A stretch of 64,000 bases of DNA. It comes from Paraspadella gotoi. Lineage: Eukaryota; Animalia; Chaetognatha. Made by a program: the position numbers and the translations under genes. Where the stretch lies: the NCBI GenBank assembly GCA_051294375.1, contig CM119268.1, positions 9,804,370 to 9,868,369 of the forward strand. Direction: 5' to 3'. Below the pieces are notes generated by a model. That model saw only the letters and a list, made by a program, of their open reading frames with translations, searched no databases and had not been told where the DNA came from. Positions within the stretch are counted from its first letter, which is position 1; every line of letters starts with the position of its first letter. Positions 13,126 to 26,600 of this stretch are shown piece by piece.

Positions 13126-16100
13126 GGAGAGTGATTCAAATATGAACAAATTTTCAGCGCGTTCATATTACATTGGTCACTTCAGACATCACATTCTTTC
13201 ATCAGAACTAAATGGATTGTTTTCACTTTGTTAAGTGCAGGTTTTTTTTTCGAGCTCACCTAAAAAAGAGACATTTGGCCTTCCTGTCGCCGCTCTTGAA
13301 AGTGTCTCTAGTGAGAGACGCAGTGTAAACGAATATCAAAAACATCAAGAAACTGCAGTTGTAATCTGGCGCGAGGAAACTTAGCGCGGTGGCGGCGAGC
13401 GCGAAGTAAAAAACGCATTTGCGAAATGTAGCCAACCTAAAAGGAACAATTGGTGGAGAGCTTCTTGGTTTGTCTGTCTGTCTCTAGATGTTCCCAATAA
13501 AAAGTTTGCTCATGGGTTACTTGGGAAGATCGGCAACGTGAATGGGAACGAAGAAATAAAAGGAAAAGGAGCACAAATCAAGTAAGTTTATAAAAAATAG
13601 ATAAAATATAACTAAATAAAGTTTCAGTTAATATGCAATGTGAATAGATAACAAAAAGGAGCTTCGCGCTTAATAAGATGTTAAAACAAAATTAAAAGCC
13701 GTGACGAGTGCAACTCTCGAGAAAAGAGTCTTACTTGAAACGCCCGTCGGTGGCGTCACCCGGCGGCCAGGTCCACACCGCGGCCGACATCGCCCACAGG
13801 ATAGAGAGGTCGTCCCAAAGTTCGCCGAACAAACTGAGGGTGGCGTGGTAGAAGGCTGAGCCCAATCCGACGAGGACGATGAGGCTCCACACGATCTTCG
13901 ATTGGGAGCTAGAAAATGGCGGCGAGAAAATAAATACACAAAGTTAAATATTGGGACGAAGAGTGTTGAGAAAGCGGTGAGCGACATTTGAGAAATAAAA
14001 ATAATTCTCATCAAACCAATATCGGCCCACAATAAACTAAAGATGATAATTGTAGAAAATTGACCCGTCAGTCAGTGTCTTGGTTATTTTTTTTTCGATG
14101 GGATTGATCGATGGGATTGATTCAAAATCAAGGAGCAGAATTTCTCGGCCCTTACCCAAAGCCCCTTACCCAAAGACCGAATTGTAACCGCGATAAAACG
14201 AATTGACCATCGGGGGACATGTAATAAACATGATATTGCTGATGGAATTGAAAAGTTCCGCAATGTATGGCGAGTAAACGTAATTTGGTTCGCACCAATC
14301 GACGCCCGAGCTATTGTAGCGGAACGAATCTACGAGTGACCTAAAGTAAAACGAGTTATAATTCACTAACAAAATATACTCATATACTCATACTTGACTT
14401 GTCTTGAAAGGCATTCGTCCAACGACTCATATTCTCATATACTCAATCGTCTTATATCTTATCGCTTACCGAAAATTTTCGAAAGGATAACTGATGGGAT
14501 TAATTTCATTGGAGGTGGTCGCCATTATGATTCTTCTTATCGTTTCTTATCGTTTGTTTTAATCAAGCTATTTAGTTAAATGTTTGCGATTTCGCGAATA
14601 ATTTTTAGACCATTTCGAGCATTATTACCGATGATTCTTACATGCCGATTTTTTCCAGGATTTTTCTTTTGACTATGATTTGTAAATTATTTAGAAGCAA
14701 GGTTAAATTTATGTTTGAATAAATCAAATTCTAAAATATTTTCTTAGTTAGACTTTTTTTCGAGCTTACAAGGTGACACACGACAACCCGCCGCTATAAA
14801 AAAATCGTCATTTGCAAACTTGTGAAGATTTTTTATTCTGAAAGATTTTTTCTTCAGTAAAAACTAAAATCATTTATACATATATATACAAATTTTATAT
14901 TATTTGGTTTTGATTTGACTTGACAATGAGCGGAGAAAAGTTGCCTTCAAAATTGTCTTTGATTTTAAAACTCAATTTTTTTTTAATCTGTTTTTCTAAC
15001 TTTATAAACATTTTTTTAAAAAAAATTATATAAAAAGGTATCAATATTAATATCTTCTAAAAGCTCTTGAAAATATGAAAAGAATAGCATAATTAAAAAT
15101 ACTGTAATATAAAACTTAGCCTATTCATCTTAAAATAAAAAAATATAATCAAAACTAAGATAATTATTAAATTAAAAATTCCTGAAGAGCAGTTTGAAAT
15201 AATTAATAATTAATAATTAAATTATTGTTAGCTATTTTAATTTAGTTTTTTTAAAGCTTTTTTATAATACCTATTTAAACAATAATTGGTTAGATCATTA
15301 TAGTAAAAATAAGTTTATATATTTAAAAAAAATATATTTTAGTATTTTATTATTTCAATTTTGATTACCTTAATTAAATTAAAGGTGGTTAAGCTTATTT
15401 TTGTATTACAATATTCTTAAATATATTATTTTTTTCAAATTTCCAAGAGCTTTCAGAATATATTAATATTGATACTTTTTATGTAAAAGTTTTTTAAAAA
15501 ATATTTAGAAAGTTATACAAAAAGATTTAAAAAAAGATTTAATTTTTAAAATGAAACACAATTTTTAAAGCAACTTTTTCCCGCTCATTGCAAAGTCAAA
15601 TCATAACCAATCAATATAAAATTTGGATATATAAATGATTTTGGTTTTTACGACAGCTCTCTGACACGCCGTGTTATCACCGAGACCTTGTCACAGAAAA
15701 AAATTTTGAAATTAAAAAATCTTTACAGGTTTGCAAATGACGATTGTTTTTTAGCGGCGGGTTGTCGTGTGTCACCTTGTACATTGAATTTTAAATTTGT
15801 TCGCTCCCTGATAAATTTATTGGTCGGTTCGTATTTCTTCCTCCAGACTTTTAAGTTTTATTGTTTATACAATTTCTTGGTTCAGTTTCCATTGTAGAGT
15901 AGCAGAGTTATTGAGTTTTAAGACACTTTTCCATATATATTGACCAAACCGTCGAAAATAAAATAAAAAATTGATTATAAATATAAAAAAATCTTATACA
16001 TATAACATAAGTATTTCCATGATAAAAAAAATAAATATATGTATAAAAATTTTAAAAATTCTTATTTGGTTATTCAGTAATTAAGTTTCCTAATATCAAT

Positions 16101-17082
16101 ATCAATGGAGGTAAAAAATATTTTTTTAATATCTCTGCGTTGTTTTCTTGTTATGTCTTTAGAAAAAAAAATAAATCATTGTAACGATATTTTCTATTTT
16201 TTAAGATTTTTTTATCTACCCGTTTACGTTACTGATAAAACAATGTTTTTAGAATGGGAAAAAAATTGTTATAAAAAACCTGTTCAGAACTTCAGACTTC
16301 GATTCTGAACTCATTAACATCAAAAAACAAGTTTTTTTACTGCATTCCAACTTTGTCATTGATCTTGGGATAAGTCATCTTTTAAGCCGGTTCTGTTTAA
16401 AGCAGATTCCGACTCTGTAATACACTTTGTCGATCTGTCGATCGCCCTTAATTATTTGGCCGGTTAATCGCTTAGAACATCTTCGGACATCGAATTATAA
16501 AATATGCAAAAAAAATATGTCCATCCGTCGGTCCGTCCGTCCGTCCGTCCGTCCGTCCGGCCGTCTATATATAACAACTTAAAAAAAAAGAATGCAAAAA
16601 AGGAACACATATAAATATAAAATGTAGGAGCTCGAGGGATGACGACGACGAAGATGAACGAAACAACAACAAAAAACAACGTTAGTTTTCACCGTTTAAT
16701 ATTTGACTATAAAAAAGAACGAAAAAAAATTACTTATTTAGGTTTATCAAATTTATCTTTCAAGCTCTTTATTAATTAAAAATCTATAAATCTATCAATC
16801 AAATATTCAATCGACCGACTAGTCGATCAATCAATCAATCATTTGATTACCGCTAAATAATAGTGAGGAGATCCGGCTCGTTGTTTTAACTTGACGGTGA
16901 TCATGATGTTGATATGATTAGTGACTTTAGTGTATCACTTATCAAATTCGCCAAACTCTCATGATGTTTTTCCCACGCCATCTTTTTCCTCGGGAACTTT
17001 ATCCTCTTCCGTTTCACATTTTCACTCATTTTCATCGACGTTGGGCCGCTCGGTCTCGTCTCTCTCTTTCTCTTCTTTCTCT

Positions 17083-17117
<35 letters not shown>

Positions 17118-20100
17118 CTCACTTTGTCTCTCCCACCCTACCTCTCTTTATCTCTCTCTCTCTTTCTCTCTTTTTCTCTCTCTCTTGCTCCTAGTCCTAT
17201 CTCTCCTCTCACTGAATTTCATCCTAAAAATTGTTTCTTTTACATTTGTTTTTTTTTTGGCAATAATTACACGGCGGCGCCAAAAAAAGTAGCTTTAAAT
17301 TTTTTAATTTAAAAAAATATATATATAAAAACTATAGATTTTTTAAAGAGCTATCTATTGTTTCAAGAAAAATTTAAATTGGTTTAGGCGGAACGATTAA
17401 TTTTTGGCAAAGTCGAACAACAAAAATAAATATCTGAGATAATAAAATGAAAACGAATTCCTTTGGTCACATAGTTGCATAATTTATTGTTATTGATAAC
17501 AGTCACAAATATATAGAAAAGGGGATAAAAACATTTTTTTTAAATGAAAAAACTTGGGTCGTACTGGCCGAGTTAAACTGTTTGGATGTCAACGAAATGA
17601 TCGACTCGACGAACTCGATTGTCGAACTGGAACTGGATTCTCTTTTTTTTTAAAAAAAAGAGAATGAACTTAAAAATAATCTTCTGTCAGACAATCTAGT
17701 AAGAAAAATAATATGAAGGAGCAAGCGATCGAAACAATGGATCAAACAGATAACGGAAGGGCGCCCAGGCGTCTGAGCAAAAAAAAAAAATGAGCGCTCT
17801 TAACCACACTTTCTTCTTAATTCGACACTTTTATTCTTTTCCCCTCTTACTCTTTTTTTTTTTATTCTCCGTTTCTTTTTCTATTGAGCTCTCTTATCTC
17901 TCTCTGTCTCCCACTTTCTCTCGCATTATCAATCCACCCGTTTCTTTCAAAATCTTTCGCCATCTCTTTCGCAGCCAATGGGAATCCACAAAGCTGTCCC
18001 GCCGTCGAAATTTTGTCAAATTCACAAAATCTTAGTCATGGGTCGATCTTTTTCTTTTTCAAACAAACTCTTCGCTTCCGCCGGCGAAAGGCGCTCCCCC
18101 TATCTCGACGTCTTCCGCCGTCGCCGTCGTCGTCTCCATGGCAACAAAGGGGACGATTCCCGGCATCGTTTTTCGTCCCGGCCACCAGAGGAGCCGCGGT
18201 CGTGGTCCGACCCAGGTGGCGCGAGCGGCGGCGTAATAAGAGAGCAGCACGCAGCCGTTGACGGAGCAGACGAGGATGAGCAGGTGCCAGACGGCGTGGA
18301 AGTAGGGAAAGGACAACAAAAGACATAATTGGCACGCCAGGCGGTCCAACAGCCAACAAGTCAACGCGACGCCGAAAATGAGAAAAGTTCTGAGTTTGGG
18401 GGGGGGGAAAGCATGAAATGAAATGAAATCATATAATCAATAATACAAAAAAGAACCTCCCCCTCGCCATTAAAAAACAAGGAACGGTTATTCCAAGGTG
18501 TTGCGCCGCATTACTTTTCTTTTTACTTATCATATCATTTATTCTTTATAGCTAATAAGATTTCTTTAAAAACAAAAGGCGGCGCCAGTAGTCGCTTAGA
18601 TTTGATTTTTAACAAAGGAGCAACAAGCTATAGGCAAGTTATAAGTGTTTTTAACGTAAGTGGGACAGACCGACGGACAAACATACTTATAGAGTTGCTC
18701 CGCGAGTACTCGCGGCGCAACTAAAAACGATAAAATGGGTTGGTCTACTCGCCTCCTGGTAAACGCTTTCACTTTCCAATCGCGACTCCTACGAGCCCCG
18801 TCTCTGACGGTGAGGGAGCATACGGATCCGTAGAGGAACAGCAGAGGAGCGTTGAGCGTGGGCTTGAGGAAACTCAATCCGGAAGTGACGACGACGAAGC
18901 AGAAAAGAAGCCAACGGAAATTCGACGTCGAGAATCTGGAGGGCGGTTGAGAGGCGGCGGAAGGGAGGGTTGGGAGGGCAGGAGTTGGAATGATAAGGGA
19001 TTCTTGTATTGTTGTCACGGAAATATTTGTGTATAATCCTTTTTTTCTTTCGTTGAGTTTGAGATTAGAAGAAGCGTGTTTGTCCTGTCAACGGCCTAAT
19101 CTCGTTTACATAATGTAGAAGTTTATTTAGCAGCCATTATGGCAACAGCCGGGTTGCCTGTGATGCCCATTGGGATGGGGCAACTCACCGGAGGCTTTGG
19201 GGGCTTCCGACCCTCAGTGACGCCCTCCAGTCACTGGCGCGGTTGCCCTAGGACAGACTCGCTTTGCCAACGCAGAGGGAAGTCGTTAGGACTGTGGATC
19301 GAGCACAACGCCTGGGATGGTGCATTCCCCCTCTGAGCCAATGGGATTGGCTGAACGATGATGGACGTGATACAGTGTGAATATACCGCCACACCATCAA
19401 ATTTTAAAAATTCTGTTCGTTAATTTTCGATAATCATTCTATGTACCTAACTGATTACCTGACGCTCTCTCCTTTGACCGCCCTTTCCTCGAGTATACAT
19501 CCAATAAAAATGATATTATGACATTAAGTATTCGTATTGCTGTAAATCGAAGTCTTCAAGTCGTTGAATTGTTGTCGCAGTAAAGATTAAATAAAACCTA
19601 AGTCACGTCCTTTATTTCCGATATTCCACTGTTGCACAACATCACATCACAGTCGATCACAATCTCACCGGAGGCGCTCCTCGATGAACTCCTTGGGCGG
19701 CCACGCCCCCACGGCGGCGGAGATGACCCAGAGGATCGAGATTTCGTCCCAGAGTTGACCGAAGTAGCTGAGGGTGGCGTGGAAGAAGGTGGAGCCGAAT
19801 CCGACGACTATGAGGAGAATCCACACGATCGTCGATCCCCAGCTGGGATGTGTGGAAGGTTGTCACGTTGTGTGCGGGGAGAAAACCCCAAACCTTTTAA
19901 CTTACCCAAACGCAGCGGCGTAACTGCGGTAGAGAAACAGAAGCAGCGGTGGCCAGGTGAAGAAGAGAACGTTGCTGAGGGTGTTGAAAAACTCGACGAT
20001 GTGTCGGGAGAAAACGTAGTTTGGTTCGCACCAGTCGATATCGGAACTTTGGTACCGAAGCGTCTCCACCAGGCGGAGGCCGAGATCATGGGCGAGTTGC

Positions 20101-23100
20101 CTGGAAGAGTGGGAAGGGATGGAGGAATGCTGGAATGAGATTAAGATGGAGGGCAGAAGTGGACAGAATCGCATTTTGAGGATTAATTGGTTGAAAAATA
20201 CAAGGAGAGAGAGAGGAGAGTGAGAGAGTGAGTGAGTGAGTGAGAGAGAATTTTATGATTTGACTCAAAATGATTCTGTTATTCAAAATATTTATTTCGG
20301 CGTGTTTCATTTACCAAACTTTAGTAAGCTGATCAGACTTATCCAAATAATTATCTGAGTTGTGGATGATATATTAATAGTTAACCGTGATGTCTCCATA
20401 TTTCTCCTAACGATGACCTCATGAGTCATGCCACAAAGATTTTCGATATCACATGACCCAGCAAAAATTGAACCGCAAGCGATACATCCTTTTTCTCCGA
20501 GTGATGTCTTTTTACCTGTGGTTTTTCACATGATATTCGAGAAAGTCAGCGGCTTGGCTATTTTTTTCGTTCATGTTGGTAACCAGGGTTTTCACGATAG
20601 TATGATATTTTAAACCTATTGTTTTTTTAAATTCAAAAGGTGTAAAAAAAACCCATAAACTGCTTTGCGGATTTTGTAAGGAATGAAAATTGTTTTTCAT
20701 CGTCAAGTTTGGATTAGCAGATTATCTTTATTTGTTTATTGAAATTAAATATTTTTTCCAGTTTTATATACGAATATTAACTAGCTTAAAGATTCTCAAT
20801 TTTTGTTCTGACCTGTTAGTTGAATTTCCAATGACGACGACGATAACGAAGAATAAAGTAACTATGACGAAATGAAGGAGAATGACTAAAGGGAAAGAAA
20901 ATGCAACGACTTTCATTGTTTGGCTTATCGACGTTTTGTTTTAAACAACCGCGACAATGATGCTCTTTACTTTTATTGTCCGAATATTTATCGTTGACGT
21001 CGGAATTGTTGTTAACTGTTGTTAACTGGCCTTGAATAGAAAAAAAAAATCTATTGTTTAATCTTGATTTTCAGTCGCTTTGGAAAAAAAGAGAAAAAAA
21101 AATTGCGAAGAGATTTTTCTTTTTTTGTCCTTCGGTCCATCTCTCTCTCTCTCTCGCTTTCTCTCTCTCGCTTTCTCTCTCTCTCGCTCTCTCTCTCTCT
21201 CGTGCTCATCGATTTTCTTTCTTTTTTTATGCCGAAATAACTTTTTTTTATCCGAAGTTTCATCTTTGGCGTCTGAGATCGAAGGGGAGAAAGGAATGTC
21301 GCGCCCGTAGGAAGTCTCGAAAATTGACTCGTCAAGCAACTTCTTTCCGCACGAAAATAAGTCTGAAAATTACAATTTCTGTCTTCCGTCTAAGAAGAAA
21401 ACAATGTGAAAAAAGGTGTTATTAAAAATCTGGGGTTTTCGGTTTAAGTAAGACGGTTATTTAATTTAAAGTTTTTTGTTCACGGGTTTTTTTTTTTTAA
21501 CTCTATTTGCGTTCTCGGGTTCCCCCCAAAGAAGCAAGATCTTATTACTCAAGCAACCGCGGGGGCAAAACAGATGGTTGATTATTTTTAAAATAAACCG
21601 AACAGGTAAAAGAAGTTATTTTAGCCTGTGAGCCTGGTATAAATCACGAGGGACATTTTGAAATACTCAAGGTTAAAACCGGCAAGCAATCGTTGTTCAA
21701 ACTGTGTAAATTGTCCCTTATTTTAATGGTTGAAACTTAATATCAAAGATCTTTTGTTGCAAAAGTTTGTTGTGATCGAGACAAAATGACGGCCTTGCCG
21801 TTATCATTCCGAATTTTTGACTTTATTTCGATTTGAAATGAGGGCTAATATACTGTTTAACCCTTTGTTCAATATCTTTGTAACTAAGTTGTCACGTTTT
21901 TTACTCATTTTACATTGACCAAGAGTTTTAAAAGCTAAATATATTCACGGTTTTTTCATATATTATCGCTTATGCATATTTTTGGATAAATTAGTCTACT
22001 CGCAATCAACCGTATATTAAACCCAAAAAATGCGCCTAATTATCTTCTCTTATTGCTAGATCTTTTCTGAATAAAAATCTTTATTTGATGTAATGAAGTC
22101 TTTTAAAGACGAGACAAGTCGAGAAGCAGCAGCCGTAGAGAAGACAATAGGACATCGAAGAAAAGTAATAGACTGGCATAATCTGAAATGGCGATCGGAA
22201 GAAAATTCTTCAAGTAAACTATATCAAAAGTAGTAAAAGAGTAATAACGATTACTTTCTTCATTTTGAGCTTTCCTCCGGCTAATTTCGCCGCTAAAAAG
22301 CAGATGTAAGTTCCGTCGAAACAAAACCAAACTACATTGACCATCACCTAAGATTTAATAAAATTATAAACGACTAATGTTTAAAAAAAAAAAAAATTAT
22401 CATTTCCGGAATTGTCATTGGTCTGCATTTTCATGTTCAATAATGCAGCTCGACTTTAACCTTTTGAAAGGGGGCGGATTTCCAGTCGACGATGATATTC
22501 AGAATTAACACTTCCCCCAGAACCGCGAGGAGATACCTTTTGTAATAAAAATTTAAAAAACAAATAGAATCAAATACTAGATTTTAAAATCCTTATCGTC
22601 GTCAGCCGCGTCGCCGATCGTACCCAATGATGATGATGGCGGTGGCAGTTTGCTTCTGAAACGCCTGCAATATCGATCGAATCGTGAAGCGACAAAGCGT
22701 CACCAGAAAAATGGCCGCCGCCGTACACGCGAAAATCGTTCGGAACTGAATTGTTATACTTGTAGTTAACGAAAAAAAGATGATACGCAACGAAGGGAAT
22801 TATAATAAAATTAATCGTCAAGCGTATACAGATATTTAACTCGCCACTAATAACACTAAACGAACCTGCTGCATATCGCCGAGATTAACAGCCGGTTTGG
22901 GTCCTTTGTATTTAAGGTACGATAAGCAACCTGTGCAATCCTTCTTCAACTTGGCTCGAAAAATAAATGGTATTTTCAGTTAATGGTTAAGATGAAGAGA
23001 GAGAACGTGGATGGAAAACTCGAATTTTCGTGTCCTTAGTTTGTCCTTAGAATTCCGCTCACGGTGAAACCTTTTTACCTAAAAAAGTCTCTTTTCTTTC

Positions 23101-23581
23101 GCCACAAAGAAATACTCTTTGTTTTAGTTTTTCCTTGATCACACACATGATGTTCATATATGTTAGTTAATATGCTATTCATAGGCTATCAGTTAAAAAT
23201 ACATACCAAGAGAATGCCGAATACCGTAAAATTAAATATTTTACATCCGGGTCAAATGACTTTCTCGTCTCGACCTTCCCGCACCTGGGACCAATCTTCG
23301 TTAAAAACGAAAGCGAAGAAGTGGTGTCCGACTGTCGACATCAATATGGCACCCACGCAGAGTATCGTCCCGAAGACCTTTTTCATGTTAATTATCTATT
23401 TTATTAAATCATTTAGATTATGTATCGTATTCGACGCTGACCAACAAGGCTTTAATGATGGCGGGATAATTTGAAAATGCCTCTTCCGAATTGTCGAAGA
23501 TATCGTGTTTCACCATCTCGGGATGAATGACGAGCTCGGCTCGCCTGCCGTATCGCGGAATCTTACAGAATCGGAGAAGAG

Positions 23582-23668
<87 letters not shown>

Positions 23669-26600
23669 TTTTCGNNNNNNNNNNNNNNNNNNNNNNNNNN
23701 NNNNNNNNNNNNNNNNNNNNNNNNNNNNNNNNNNNNNNNNNNNNNNNNNNNNNNNNNNNNNNNNNNNNNNNNNNNNNNNNNNNNNNNNNNNNNNNNNNNN
23801 NNNNNNNNNNNNNNNNNNNGATCGAGATCTCCCACGACCGGTTTCGACATTCGATTTCGCAGCGCAACGGATTTTTTTTGCGCTTCCTCTTCTGGAGATT
23901 TTTTCGCGGAGAGGTCGAGGAGTTCGTGGATTAGGGAGGAGGGATCGGTGGAGGGGTAAGATGGGCCGGAAGAGGTGGTGGGGTTCGGGATTTTTGAGGA
24001 AATGATGGTAAATAGAAATAGAAAAATAGAATAATAAATAAAAAAAAGGGGGTAAATCCTTCCTTCCTCTCTCCCTCTCCTCTCTCTATATCTTCTCTCT
24101 CTCTCTCTCTCTCTATCCTCTTCTCTCTCCCTCATCTCCTTCTTCTCTCTTTAAACTTTCACTCTTTTCCCTCTTCCCTCCTTCTTCTTCCCTTCTCTCC
24201 CTCCTCTCTCTCACCCTGATTGATATTAGTCCCGATCATAGCTGGGCGCGACGGAGTCAGATGCTTCAACGATGACGGCGTCGTCATGGCTTCTTCGAAT
24301 TTATCGTCTTCCTCGTCGGCGTCGTCGTCGTCGTCCTCCTTTTCTTCTCTTTCCCGGTCGTCGTCGTCGTCGTCGTCGTTCTTGGAAACGTTCCACACCA
24401 TGGGGAGGGAGTTTCGTTTTATCGTCGGCTTCGTCGTCGTCGTCGTCGTCGAATGTGTCGCCGTTGTTTGAAGGGTGGCGCTGCGACTCGTCGTCGTCTT
24501 TTTCTTTTTCGCCTCCTTGGATGAGGAGCGTCGCTTTTTCGTGGATAAACGAGTCGAGATTGAGGTTGAGATGAAGGAAATAAGGATTTTAGAAATAAAA
24601 TTAATGAATATGATTAACTAATTCGACGCGCCACGATTTATGATAGGTATGTATATAACTAAATTTAGGTTTGTTAAATTTAAAAAAACTGGAAATATTT
24701 AGTATTTTTAGTTTTATTTTAGTTTTCCTCACAACTTACCCCTGACTTGGTCATATTGAACTCGGCGATACAATTCACCGTAGTTTTTGCGATATTTTCT
24801 TTTCCATTAAATTTTTTTTGAGGAAAAACGTCATTTTTTGCGTCAAGTTTAAGAGAAAAAAAAATCCTTTCCGATGAGGAAAAAAAGTCCTTTGTAGAGG
24901 CTACATTGTTGATAAAAAGTTATCCCTTTCAGAAGAGATTGATTGATTGATTGGCCCAATGATTGATTTCCTTATCACCCCTCATCCCGTTTCCAGTTGT
25001 CGCTTTCTTCTCGGCTCTCCCCACGGGCGGTTCAAGCATGGCCCGCCCGAAGCCTTCAGCCCGATGACGGAGGCTCTTCTCCCCAAGCAGCGGCTCGTCA
25101 TCGAACCCGTCCTCAACTTCGGCGACCTTCCCAAGATGGTCGTTTTCGGCCCCGAACCGCCCGTCGAGTATCTCGCCTTCACGCCCTCGCCAATCGACAC
25201 AGCTGGGGTGGGTGTTTATGGGAAAGAAGGATTAAATAGTAGTAGTATATAGAAGTCTATTAATTGATTGGATAAAAAGAGATAAGTAAATAAAGTAGAT
25301 AAAGAATATTAAAATCATTGAATTAAAAAAGATGCAAAAAAGGAACACATACTGAAATATGAGAAATGTAAGGAGCATCTGAGGGATGACGACGACGAAG
25401 ATAACCCGAAACACAACAAAAAACCAACGTTAGTGTTTTCCACCCGTTTAATATTTGATATAAAAATATCACGTAAAAAATACTAGCTATACTGTTTATG
25501 TGTTGTATGAAAATTTTATCTTTCAAGGCTATCCTCTTGATCGGTTAAAATACTCTATAATAGCAATCAAATATTCATCGAACCGACTAAGTCGATCAAA
25601 TCAATCAAGTCATTTGATTACCGCTAAATAATAGTGAGGAGATTCCGGCTCGTGTTTAAACTTGACGGGTGATCATGATGTTGATATGATAGTGACTTTA
25701 GTGTATATTATCAAATTCAGCCAAACTCCATCATGATGTTTTTTCCCACGCATCTTTTTCCCTCGGGACTTTAAATCCTCTTCCCGTTTCACATTTTCAC
25801 ATCATTTTCCATCGACGTTTGGGCCGCTCGGTCTCGTCCTCTTCTCTTTTTCTCTTCTTTCTCTTCTTTCCTCTCTCTTCTCTCTCTCTCTCTCTCTCTC
25901 AGTCTCTATCACTGTCTCATCACTACGTCTCTTTATCTCTCTCTCTCTTATCTCTCATTTCTCTCTCTCTCTCTCTTGCTCCTAGTCCTGATCTCTCCTC
26001 TCACTGATTTCATCCTAAAAAATTGTTTTCTTTTACATTTGTTTTTTTTTGGCAATATTTAAACGTACACGCGGCCGCCAAAAAAAAGTAGCTTTAAAAA
26101 ATTTTTAATTTAAAAAAATATATATATAAAAACTATAGATTTTTAAAGAGCTATAATATTGTTTCAGAAAATTTAAAATTGGTTTAGGCGGACGATTATT
26201 TTGGCAAAGTCCGAACAACAAAATTAAATATCTGAGATAATAAAGAATGAAAAACGAAATGTCCTCTTTGGTCACATAGTTGCATAATTTTATTGTTATG
26301 ATAACAGTCACAAATAATCTAGAAAGGGGATAACAACATTTTTTTTTAAAAATGAAAAACTTGGGTCGTACTGGCCGTGAGTTAAACTGTTTGGATGTCA
26401 ACGAATGCATCGCTCGACGAAAACTCGATTGTCGAACTGGAACTGGATTCTCTTTTTTTTTTTGAAAAAAGAGGAATGAACTAAAAATAATCTTCTGTCA
26501 GACAATCTAGTAAGAAAAATAATATGGAAGGAGCCAAGCGATCGAAACCAATGGATCAAAGCAGATAACGGAAGGGCGCCCAGGGCGGTCTGAAGCAAAA

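Noticed and set aside
19134-19390. SRP, RNase P/MRP, U3, tRNA or HDV-like ribozyme identity for the structured repeat
   Set aside because: Diagnostic conserved boxes and pseudoknot pairings could not be found by eye
21250-23390. Additional minus-strand gene fragments ([15 protein letters not shown].., [12 protein letters not shown]..)
   Set aside because: Exon-like, but no phase-consistent model or family could be built; left unresolved
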